NCBI GenBank assembly: GCA_002441305.1
Contig: DJVT01000009.1
Span: forward strand, 345,210 to 409,209
Length of the DNA: 64,000 bases
Source of the DNA: Candidatus Omnitrophica bacterium UBA6249
GTDB lineage: Bacteria > Omnitrophota > Gorgyraeia > Gygaellales > Profunditerraquicolaceae
Direction: 5' to 3'
A program made the position numbers and the translations under genes. The first letter of the stretch is position 1. Each line of letters opens with the position of its first letter. The notes under the pieces are model-generated. The model was not told the DNA's origin, ran no database searches, and was given only the letters and a program-made list of their open reading frames with translations. This document shows positions 49,944 to 57,687 of the stretch, in pieces.

Positions 49944-50609
49944 TCAAATCTTGGCAATATTCACAGTGTGCGTAGCAATATCTCTTACGCTCTGAATAAT
50001 AAATAATAAAACAGTTTCGCCTCTCACCGTCGATTCTGCTGTTTTATTTGTCTCTATTAACTCATCCTGTCTACGGCTGCATATCTTTTTTAGTGTCAGG
50101 CTTGTTAAAACAGTTTTCTTCGCTAACGCCGTGTCTTGTTTTAAAAATGAAATGACCGAATCCCAAACTATATTTTGAAAAATTATAGCGAATTGAGAAA
50201 TATTGATTTTATCCTTGTCAGGGATATTTGTATTCAAGCTTAATAAGCTCTCCGCAATACCGGCGGTTAAGTCCGTAATTTGTTTTAATTCGCTACTAAT
50301 GTTTATGCTTGAAGAGATGAATTTCAAGACACTGTCCTCGGGGTGATATTGTCTAACGATATTAGTAAAATATTCTTCGTAAGCGACGCAAAGAACCCTT
50401 ATTTTTTTGTTATTATCTATTATCTCTTGCGTATTCTCGGCATCAAAACGCATCAGAACGCCAGAAATGTTTCTTATTGCCTCCTGCGTCAAACGGCAAA
50501 TTTGAAGTAAATCATCGTTTAATTTCCGAAGTTCTTTCTCAATGGCTATCATTAAAACATCCTCCGTATTCATCCAATAATTGCGCAATAACCAAACTAA
50601 AATATTCAT
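49944..50609 (-). CDS. PhoU-domain-like protein
   Basis: 221 aa in two helical repeats ending in PhoU-like ...ELKQITDLTAGIAE and ...SVRDIATHTVNIAK. Confidence 0.5.
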   Translation of the reverse strand: MNILVWLLRNYWMNTEDVLMIAIEKELRKLNDDLLQICRLTQEAIRNISGVLMRFDAENTQEIIDNNKKIRVLCVAYEEYFTNIVRQYHPEDSVLKFISSSINISSELKQITDLTAGIAESLLSLNTNIPDKDKINISQFAIIFQNIVWDSVISFLKQDTALAKKTVLTSLTLKKICSRRQDELIETNKTAESTVRGETVLLFIIQSVRDIATHTVNIAKI

Positions 50610-50797
50610 GCCTCATCACTTTTTGATCCCCGCACGGATTTGATAATAATGGACTTCATTTGTAATTGATAGAGTGGGCAATTCATAAATTTACCGACAC
50701 AATATTGTCTTTTGCGTTTGATGTTGGGGCGAAATAAACCGTCTCCGTAACATCCGCAATGACCAATCGGTCTTGTAGCAACAAAATAAGGACACAT
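50606..50797 (-). CDS. Small 4-Cys protein, paralog 2
   Basis: 63 aa from the internal ATG (MCPYFVATRPIGHCGCYGDGLFRPNIKRKRQYCVGKFMNCPLYQ...). It has a 4-nt ATGA overlap with the PhoU-like gene. Confidence 0.55.
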   Translation of the reverse strand: MCPYFVATRPIGHCGCYGDGLFRPNIKRKRQYCVGKFMNCPLYQLQMKSIIIKSVRGSKSDEA

Positions 50798-50967
50798 GAT
50801 GCATTTCCTCTTAATAAGCAGCAACCCCTGGCCCCTGTAAAATTGAGGCTGCGAGAAAATGTTAAACAATCTCAAATCGTTGAATATTTTTTAAGCCCCT
50901 TAGCTGCTACAAATGTATCAAAAAGGGGATTAACGAAAGGTTAAATAATAATTAAAATTTTTAATGA

Positions 50968-52026
50968 TTATTCGTGAGGATTCGGAGGGATATCGCCGGC
51001 AATTCGAGGCAGGTCTACGGTAAAAACAGTGCCTTTTCCGATTTGACTGGACACCGTTATTTCACCTTGATGAAGTTTTGCTATTGATTGTGCGATGCTT
51101 AACCCTAATCCACTGCTGGGAGCAGTATCTTTTATTTTCTCACCAATCCGAAAGAACTTATCAAAAAGTCGCGGAAGGTTTTCTTGTTCGATGCCGATAC
51201 CGGTATCAGCGATGGAAATTCTGATGCGATCAGTTTCAAAATGGGCAACAATATCTATTTTCCCATCCTGCGGCGTGTATTTTATAGCATTATCAATAAG
51301 ACTTAAAAATAAACGCCGAAGATTTGGTTCATCCGCATTCACCAACGCCGTTGTGTCGGGAACTTGAGCATTGACCGCTATATTCTTTCCCGTGGCTAAA
51401 ATCTTGGCCTTTTCAAACAACACTATAACAAATTGACTTAAATCCAAAGGCTGTAGCTGCAAATCGTTGGAACGATAATTGACGCGAGTCAACAATAAGA
51501 GGTCTTCAATGATCTTAAACATCCGTCGCGTTTCTTCTAAGCTACCGATAATAACTTGCTTATACTCTTCTTTATCCCGTTCCTTTTTTAGGGCAACTTC
51601 CGCCTCTCCTCTCATGATTGCGAGAGGCGTTTTTAGCTCATGGGCAATATACGAACTCGATTCGGTGATATAGGCAAAGGCGGCTTCAAGGCGAGAAATC
51701 ATGTCATTGAAAGCCTTAACTAAAAACTGCGTCTCTTCACCGGCATTCTCGACCTTAACTCTTCTGCTTAAATCCTCATGAGTAATGCCCTCAGCTACCT
51801 CGGCAACTTCCTTGATTGGTTTAATAATCTTTCCTATTGAAATCTGGCTCATTAAATAACCCAGCAAAAAAACCGGAGGTAAAGGCATTAAAAGATAACA
51901 AATCATTTCAATATTCCGAAAATTGGGACGAAGCAAAAAAAGAACAGTATAATAACCCCCTAAAAATACACTCAATAATATGATGTATAAAAAACTGCGT
52001 TTAAAGCTAACGGTTTTGAAACGCAT
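50968..52026 (-). CDS. Sensor histidine kinase (2 TM, HAMP, HisKA, HATPase_c)
   Basis: 352 aa with H-box HELKTPLAIMRG, N-box LIDNAIKYT, and G-boxes DTGIGI and GLGLSIA. Confidence 0.9.
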   Translation of the reverse strand: MRFKTVSFKRSFLYIILLSVFLGGYYTVLFLLRPNFRNIEMICYLLMPLPPVFLLGYLMSQISIGKIIKPIKEVAEVAEGITHEDLSRRVKVENAGEETQFLVKAFNDMISRLEAAFAYITESSSYIAHELKTPLAIMRGEAEVALKKERDKEEYKQVIIGSLEETRRMFKIIEDLLLLTRVNYRSNDLQLQPLDLSQFVIVLFEKAKILATGKNIAVNAQVPDTTALVNADEPNLRRLFLSLIDNAIKYTPQDGKIDIVAHFETDRIRISIADTGIGIEQENLPRLFDKFFRIGEKIKDTAPSSGLGLSIAQSIAKLHQGEITVSSQIGKGTVFTVDLPRIAGDIPPNPHE

Positions 52027-52697
52027 TATTCCTCCCTTATCGTGTAACCTTTACCATGAATGGTATGAATAAGCGGTTTCTTAAAATCTTTATCTATCTT
52101 ATTACGTAAAAAACTGATAAATACATCAATAACATTGGTGAAACTATCGAAATCCTCATGCCAGACATGCTCAGAAATCGTTGTCCGGGTAACAACATGA
52201 TTGGCATTAAGCATTAGGTATTCCAGAAGCGCGAATTCCTTACTGCTGAGCTGAATTTCTTTTCCCGCTCTTTTAACGTTATGACGTAATTGGTCTAGTT
52301 CTAAATCTCCAATTTTTAAAATGCCAGTCTTATCATCCCTATTCCTTCTTAGTAATGCTCCGATCCTAGCCGAAAGCTCTTCGAAATCAAACGGCTTCGC
52401 AAGATAATCATCCGCTCCGGAATTTAATCCTAAAACCTTATCCCTCACCTGATTTTTTGCGGTAAGCATTAAAATGGGCACGTTGATCTTCTTTTTTCTT
52501 AACTCTCGGCATATAGTGATCCCGTCTATATGCGGAAGCATGACATCAAGAATAATCAAATCATACGGGTTTATTTCCGCCAGAAACATGGCTTTCTCCC
52601 CATCGGTCGCCACATCAACAACATAATTCTCTTCTTTCAGCCCGCGCTCAATAAAATTAGCTATTTTTATTTCATCTTCTACTAATAATATCCGCAT
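52026..52697 (-). CDS. OmpR-family response regulator
   Basis: 223 aa with the REC domain ILLVEDE...DLIILDVMLP...LTAK and a winged-helix C-terminus. Its stop overlaps the kinase start. Confidence 0.9.
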   Translation of the reverse strand: MRILLVEDEIKIANFIERGLKEENYVVDVATDGEKAMFLAEINPYDLIILDVMLPHIDGITICRELRKKKINVPILMLTAKNQVRDKVLGLNSGADDYLAKPFDFEELSARIGALLRRNRDDKTGILKIGDLELDQLRHNVKRAGKEIQLSSKEFALLEYLMLNANHVVTRTTISEHVWHEDFDSFTNVIDVFISFLRNKIDKDFKKPLIHTIHGKGYTIREE

Positions 52698-52714
52698 TAT
52701 TTGCTCCTAAGAAT

Positions 52715-54175
52715 TTATTCTTTTAATCGTGCCAAAGCACATTGCAAAACAGAAAAATCTTCCGCATTTGCCAGCACCAATAAAACATCGCCGCCCTCGA
52801 TCACGGTTGACCCGGACGGAATAACAAATTTGTCGTTGCGCGAAACAAGCATGATCAGGCATTTCACCGGAACATTCAATTCCTTGATCATCTTGCCAAT
52901 AGCCTCTGAATTATACGGCACGATAACATCCGTCAGTTCCGCGTCAATGCCTTCAACTTTCTCAAATTCTATAGGGTATGCTTTCTTGTCAGGCAAAGGC
53001 ACATCCAACTTTAGCAGTTTTGAAACCAGAGGAATTGACGTGCCCTGAATAAAAACAGAAGCAATGACAATGAAAAACACGATATTAAAAATTGTCTCGG
53101 CCTGAGGAATGCCTGCCGCGAGCGGAAATGTGGCCAAGATGATCGGAACCGAGCCCCTCAATCCTACCCACGAAAGCATGATCTTTTTCGGCACGGCGAA
53201 TTTAAACGGAAGTAAGCAGAGAAAAACGCTCAAAGGCCGGGCAATAAACATGAGGACAATCGTAACCAGCAACCCTGTTCCGATAAGCGGAACCAAGTGA
53301 GAAGGATAAACGAGCAAACCTAAAGTCACGAACATGGCAATTTGGCTGATCCAAGCCAAACCGTCATGAAATTTCATAATGGATTTCTTATTAGGAAATT
53401 CCGTCTGCGCTAGACCGAGCCCAGCAAGATAAACCGCAAGGATCCCGTTTCCCTTTAAAAGAACTGCAATAACGTAAGTAAACAAGATCAATGAAATTGT
53501 TATAATTGGATAAAGGCCTTCATAATCTAATTTAAGCCGCTTGATAAAGAAAACGATGGCCTTCGCCATTAAATAACCGACAAGCGCCCCCATCCCCATA
53601 TCCAGAACGAATCTCGGAATCAGCGAAACGAGCCCTGATCCTTTCACGGTCAAAAGGCTCAAAAACCCCATTGTCAGAAAAATAGCCATCGGATCATTAC
53701 TGCCGGACTCGAATTCGAGCAACGGTTTCAATGGCTTCTTCAAACTTATGCGTCTTGATCTTAGAATAGCGAATACGGCGGCGGCGTCTGTAGATGAAAC
53801 GATAGATCCAAGCAACACACCGTCTAATAGAGAAAATTTGAGGACATAAACAGCAAACAACCCCGTAATAATTGCCGTAACCAATACTCCAAGAGTCGAA
53901 AGCACGATCCCCGGGAGAATAATTGGTCTTGTGTCTTTCCAGTTAGTATCAAGCCCGCCTGAAAAGATAATAAATATAAGTGCCAAAATACCGATCTGCT
54001 TCGCCAGTTGAGCATTATCAAAATAGATCTTGCCGATCCCTTCCGATCCGGCAAGCATCCCAACCGCCAAAAATAACAACAACACGGGAACCGCGAACTT
54101 GTCCGATATCTTGCTCGAAACAACGCTCACGAACATTAAAACCGAAGCCCATAATAAAATAGTTTCAAATGCCAT
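52715..54175 (-). CDS. nhaP2: K+/H+ antiporter NhaP2/CvrA type (CPA1) with C-terminal TrkA-C (RCK_C) domain
   Basis: 486 aa with about 12 TM helices, an N-terminus typical of NhaP2 and a C-terminal RCK_C-like segment (VIPSGSTVIEGGDVLLVLA). Confidence 0.8.
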   Translation of the reverse strand: MAFETILLWASVLMFVSVVSSKISDKFAVPVLLLFLAVGMLAGSEGIGKIYFDNAQLAKQIGILALIFIIFSGGLDTNWKDTRPIILPGIVLSTLGVLVTAIITGLFAVYVLKFSLLDGVLLGSIVSSTDAAAVFAILRSRRISLKKPLKPLLEFESGSNDPMAIFLTMGFLSLLTVKGSGLVSLIPRFVLDMGMGALVGYLMAKAIVFFIKRLKLDYEGLYPIITISLILFTYVIAVLLKGNGILAVYLAGLGLAQTEFPNKKSIMKFHDGLAWISQIAMFVTLGLLVYPSHLVPLIGTGLLVTIVLMFIARPLSVFLCLLPFKFAVPKKIMLSWVGLRGSVPIILATFPLAAGIPQAETIFNIVFFIVIASVFIQGTSIPLVSKLLKLDVPLPDKKAYPIEFEKVEGIDAELTDVIVPYNSEAIGKMIKELNVPVKCLIMLVSRNDKFVIPSGSTVIEGGDVLLVLANAEDFSVLQCALARLKE

Positions 54176-54229
54176 AAGTGAATTCTGTTTTTACCTTAAC
54201 CAATTCAATTTTTTTGCATAACTTCTTAA

Positions 54230-56110
54230 TCAATCTGCACCTATCAACGCCTCCGCCAAATCCGCCATGCTGTGTCTATAAGGTAGACAACGGCCATCCG
54301 AAGGTACGCAAAAGTATACGCTTTCCCTTCGGGGAACCTTCGCCTTCGGCTCGGTTTCCTCGGTGCTTTTCTTCGCCTTTTTTGGCGTCATTTCTCTCTT
54401 TGTTTGACATTTTACTCCTTCTTTCAAACTGTCATCCTGAGGAAGGCCGCAGGCCGACCGAAGGATCTCATCCTTAGCCAGATTCTTCGCCTTCGGCTCA
54501 GAATGACGGACTTTCAGTGCCTCGTCATAGCACATCTTCCACGGCTGATTAATATCAACCTTAACAATTTCCTGATTTTGAATATATATCCCTTTAAATA
54601 TAATCCTCATAAACGTCTTTATAAGGTAATCCATCTGCTGGGTGTTGGGATTACTCCTCAATTTCAATAGAAAATCCTGCGTGGCTTTCACCAGATTAAC
54701 CGCGTTACGTTTTTCAAGGATCTTTAACTGGATCGACTTTATATCCTGTCTGAGCTTCTTCTCCTCATTCCTGAGAAGTTCAGCCTTGTCTTTATAAATA
54801 TCAATATTGATCTTATCCTCTGAGAAAACCTCATAAAGCGCCTTCTGTTTTTCAAGGTTCTTGGCCAACGCCTTTTCCGTATCTTCCAACTGCTCGATAT
54901 AACACTGTTCAGGCTCAGTTGCGCTTAACTTGATCATGTCCCCCAGTTCTTCGATAACATGCAAATTTCTACTTATCGTATCAATAATATCCCAAACCTG
55001 TTTGTTGATCCCATCGGCCGTAACTGATTTATTCTTGCACTTAACATACGATACACCGACAGATGAACAGCAATACCACGGCCTACGTTCCTTCGTCCTG
55101 TGGTTCTTCGTTAAAGTCAACCCTCGGTAATTTCGCCCGCATTCATGGCATTTTAAAACACCGGACAGGTGATAAACATTGTTGCGAAATCTCACGACTT
55201 TATTTGTGCGGTTTCTATCAAGCAGTTTCTGCGCCTTATCAAACACCTCTTGAGTGATGATCGCTTCATGGCAATCCTTCACCTCAATAATCTTAGACGG
55301 ATCATTATTCACATACTTGTATCCCTTACCCTCGCCATTATGCGTTTTCTCTTTTTTCTCATACCGCTTTTTATTCCACACCAGCATGCCCAGATACGTC
55401 TTATTCTTGAGAATCGATGAAATAAATTTGGTATAAAACTTCCCGCCCTGACGTGATTTGATGCCTAAATTATAATAATGCCCGGCGATCTGAGACGTAC
55501 TTTTACCGCTAATATACATATCAAAAATCTCTTTAACGATCTTCGCTTCTTCGTCGTGGACTTCCAGCTTCTTGATCTCTTTATTGTAACGGTAACCATA
55601 AGGAGCATACCGTGCGCCTTGCCAGTGCCCACGCTTAACTCCCACAACCATGCCCGGGAATACGCGCTCAACCAGACGATTGCGTTCAAACTCCGCGCAA
55701 CTGCCCAACATCTGTATTGCCATCTTACCCGCGCTTGATGTGGTATCAAACGGCTCAGTCGCTGATTTGTAACCGATCCCTAACGACTCAAACTCCTCAA
55801 GTAACGCCAAAAGATCCTTTAACTTCCTGCTAAGCCTGTCCTGCTTATAAACCATTACCAAATCAAACTGCTTATTCTTCGCGTCAAACAAAAGCCTCTG
55901 CAAAGCTGGCCTGTCCATATTTCCACCGGAATAACCGTCATCCATATAAACATCTTTACCGGACATCGTGCAAACAACATCCCAGCCAAAGTTCTTGGCA
56001 TACTGCAAAAGGTAATCCCGCTGAACTTCCAGCGAAAACCCCTCCCGCGCCTGATCCTCTGTGCTGACTCTTGTGTATAAAGCTACTTTCATGTTCTCCT
56101 GCTCTGTCAT
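54230..56110 (-). CDS. Large serine recombinase (integrase 2) carrying an in-frame repeat insertion near the C-terminus
   Basis: 626 aa, collinear with integrase 1 (ALYTRVSTEDQAREGFSLEVQR..., zinc ribbon, coiled coil). The probable start is MKVALY at 56092. The tail reads across the att core into the distal arm of element 1. Confidence 0.9.
   Translation of the reverse strand: MTEQENMKVALYTRVSTEDQAREGFSLEVQRDYLLQYAKNFGWDVVCTMSGKDVYMDDGYSGGNMDRPALQRLLFDAKNKQFDLVMVYKQDRLSRKLKDLLALLEEFESLGIGYKSATEPFDTTSSAGKMAIQMLGSCAEFERNRLVERVFPGMVVGVKRGHWQGARYAPYGYRYNKEIKKLEVHDEEAKIVKEIFDMYISGKSTSQIAGHYYNLGIKSRQGGKFYTKFISSILKNKTYLGMLVWNKKRYEKKEKTHNGEGKGYKYVNNDPSKIIEVKDCHEAIITQEVFDKAQKLLDRNRTNKVVRFRNNVYHLSGVLKCHECGRNYRGLTLTKNHRTKERRPWYCCSSVGVSYVKCKNKSVTADGINKQVWDIIDTISRNLHVIEELGDMIKLSATEPEQCYIEQLEDTEKALAKNLEKQKALYEVFSEDKINIDIYKDKAELLRNEEKKLRQDIKSIQLKILEKRNAVNLVKATQDFLLKLRSNPNTQQMDYLIKTFMRIIFKGIYIQNQEIVKVDINQPWKMCYDEALKVRHSEPKAKNLAKDEILRSACGLPQDDSLKEGVKCQTKREMTPKKAKKSTEETEPKAKVPRRESVYFCVPSDGRCLPYRHSMADLAEALIGAD
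54295..54314. repeat. att core copy 2 (CATCCGAAGGTACGCAAAAG), the junction between element 1 and element 2
   Basis: Identical to 36258-36277. It lies in the 3' end of integrase 2. Confidence 0.8.
54431..54507. repeat. Inverted pair of the GTCATYCTGA...GAAGRATC repeat family (miniature element) inside the integrase 2 ORF
   Basis: GTCATCCTGAGGAAGGCCGCAGGCCGACCGAAGGATC (54431-54467) faces GATTCTTCGCCTTCGGCTCAGAATGAC (54481-54507). The pair is translated as RHSEPKAKNLAKDEILRSACGLPQDDS. Confidence 0.8.
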
Positions 56111-56138
56111 TCTGAGGCCCCGCAGGGGCCGAAGAATC
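56106..56138. repeat. Solo copy of the same repeat family between xis2 and int2
   Basis: GTCATTCTGAGGCCCCGCAGGGGCCGAAGAATC. It is absent from the homologous xis1/int1 junction, where the two genes overlap. Confidence 0.8.
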
Positions 56139-56314
56139 TAATCTTTCAAAGTCCCCCGCCATTCTTTAATCTTCTTAATACACTCATCCGTAAACACCGG
56201 CCAATCCCTGTAATCGCGCTTCGGTTTGATCCAGCCTTTACGCACCCAATGGATCATAGTCTGGCGATGCACCCCTAAAATCTTTGCCGTCTCTGTCATC
56301 GTGTATGTCTTCAT
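56138..56314 (-). CDS. Excisionase-type HTH protein, RDF candidate (element 2 copy)
   Basis: MKTYTMTETAKILGVHRQTMIHWVRKGW...; 51 of 58 residues are identical to the element 1 copy. Confidence 0.65.
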   Translation of the reverse strand: MKTYTMTETAKILGVHRQTMIHWVRKGWIKPKRDYRDWPVFTDECIKKIKEWRGTLKD

Positions 56315-56323
56315 AAGCAAGTT

Positions 56324-56360
56324 GTCATCCTGACCCTGAACGAAGTGAAGGGGAAGGATC
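56324..56360. repeat. Repeat family copy on the 3' side of the GIY-YIG gene
   Basis: GTCATCCTGACCCTGAACGAAGTGAAGGGGAAGGATC. It ends at the GIY-YIG stop codon. Confidence 0.8.
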
Positions 56361-56653
56361 TAAATAATACTTTCATATAAATCCTTCCACTCCGGGTTAT
56401 TCTTTTCAATTAAAGCGATCTTCTTTTTCCTAAGCCATCCTTTAATCTGCTTCTCTCGTTCTATAGCTGTCATCATGTCATCCGAAACTTCAAAATGAAC
56501 CAATTTATGCACATTGTATTTTTTGGTAAATCCATCGACCATTTTATTCTTATGCTCATAAACCCGCTTAACCAGATCACTCGTTACACCTGTATAAAGA
56601 ACCTTATTATGCACATTCGTTAAAATGTAAACGTATCCTTGTTTTTCTCTCAT
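56360..56653 (-). CDS. Small GIY-YIG nuclease-domain protein (UPF0213/COG2827 type)
   Basis: 97 aa with GYVYILTNVHNKVLYTGVTSDLVKRVYEHK (GIY...YTG), then ..E...IK.W.R.KK. Confidence 0.85.
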   Translation of the reverse strand: MREKQGYVYILTNVHNKVLYTGVTSDLVKRVYEHKNKMVDGFTKKYNVHKLVHFEVSDDMMTAIEREKQIKGWLRKKKIALIEKNNPEWKDLYESII

Positions 56654-56658
56654 CTTCA

Positions 56659-56693
56659 GATCCTTCGGTCGGCTTCGCCTCCCTCAGGATGAC
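56659..56693. repeat. Repeat family copy on the 5' side of the GIY-YIG gene, inverted relative to 56324-56360
   Basis: GATCCTTCGGTCGGCTTCGCCTCCCTCAGGATGAC, which is the reverse complement of GTCATCCTGAGGGAGGCGAAGCCGACCGAAGGATC. Confidence 0.8.
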
Positions 56694-56733
56694 GTGCCGT
56701 TCATTGAAGGCCAGTATACCTCATTATACAACC

Positions 56734-56928
56734 TTATACAAGAGGATTCTTCTCCGTATCATAGCAAACCAAAAACATTTTCGATAAGACCTCTATCCCA
56801 TCATAAAACGATTTACGAGCCTCCTGTATTTCCGCGATAGACATACCCCGGCTTTTGAGTTTTTCCTCTAAAGCCTCCCATCCCCGCGAATTCTCCGTAA
56901 TTGTTCTATTCTTCTGCTTCTCCATCAT
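56734..56928 (-). CDS. Conserved small element protein (element 2 copy)
   Basis: NSRGWEALEEKLKSRGMSIAEIQEARKSFYDGIEVLSKMF aligns with 38162-38365. I chose the start by homology (MMEKQKN). Confidence 0.55.
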   Translation of the reverse strand: MMEKQKNRTITENSRGWEALEEKLKSRGMSIAEIQEARKSFYDGIEVLSKMFLVCYDTEKNPLV

Positions 56929-57532
56929 GACCTTTACGTACACCGGCAAATTCGTCGATAATATCGGCTATCGCCTCATAAAGAAGCGTTTCAATTTCCC
57001 GAGGTTCTCTCATCGCTAAACGAGGCGCCATTATTGTCGGCAATGCTAAAAATGACCGCTTAACTACCATGATCCTCTCAATTCTTCCCTTCTCAACTTC
57101 ATCTCTTGGCAAGACCTCGCCTAAAGCCTTTTTTAAATCAATCTCTGACAAAAGAGCCTTGTTCTTCCGATATTCAATATCCCATTTTTCCTTCTCGGTA
57201 TCCCGCACATCCCGATAACTCTGCTGAGTCATTCGCCATGCCTTAATTTCCAAAAGATCGTAATGACCTTCGGGCGTCACAGGCATTCCTTCTTTCGCCC
57301 AGTAGTAAACAGTCCTGACAGACACATTCAAAGCCTTGGCGACCTTCTCTTTGGTATCCACAATACCGTTAGGTAAATCAGATTCCGCCTCAAGCCTTTC
57401 AAGTTCTTTAAGCTCTGCTGGTGTTAGCGGCGTACCGCTATGAAGCTTCTCATACAGATATAAGTGCCGCTTTTTCCGTGCTATCTCCACGATATTGGGT
57501 TTCTTGTTTTCCGCTGTTTTATTCTCTTCCAT
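56906..57532 (-). CDS. HTH protein resembling a phage Nu1-type small terminase subunit (tentative)
   Basis: 208 aa. KEKVAKALNVSVRTVYYWAKEGMPV...YDLLEIKAW, followed by a coiled coil, parallels the lambda Nu1 layout (HTH, ..GMPV.., ..W.., helical C-terminus) as I recall it. Confidence 0.4.
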   Translation of the reverse strand: MEENKTAENKKPNIVEIARKKRHLYLYEKLHSGTPLTPAELKELERLEAESDLPNGIVDTKEKVAKALNVSVRTVYYWAKEGMPVTPEGHYDLLEIKAWRMTQQSYRDVRDTEKEKWDIEYRKNKALLSEIDLKKALGEVLPRDEVEKGRIERIMVVKRSFLALPTIMAPRLAMREPREIETLLYEAIADIIDEFAGVRKGHDGEAEE

Positions 57533-57687
57533 ACTGAAATCCTCCGTTTCAAAATTTGCAGGTTATTAACCCCTGATTCAGACCTTAAAATCTTTAAATA
57601 CTCCTTTTTCTATAGGGAAAATACACTTCTCCCTTGCTTCGCCGCTTCAATCTTATTGAACATGCAACCTAAAAATTGAAGTTAATA

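Larger units (their letters stand above)
36278..54294 (-). mobile_element. Integrative element 1 (about 18 kb; serine-integrase, primase-helicase, satellite/IME-like)
   Basis: It is bounded by the two 20-bp repeat copies. The integrase sits at the miaB-proximal end. The content is accessory and the distal half is visibly more AT-rich than the flanking housekeeping DNA. Confidence 0.75.

Noticed and set aside
54295-54314. The alternative explanation that the 20-bp identity is merely conserved coding sequence shared by two paralogous integrase genes.
   Set aside because: I considered this seriously. The surrounding integrase 3' ends are much more diverged than this 20-mer. Copy 1 is simultaneously part of miaB, and the low-coordinate flanks are unrelated, as expected for att junctions. 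Final proof needs the third copy beyond the window.
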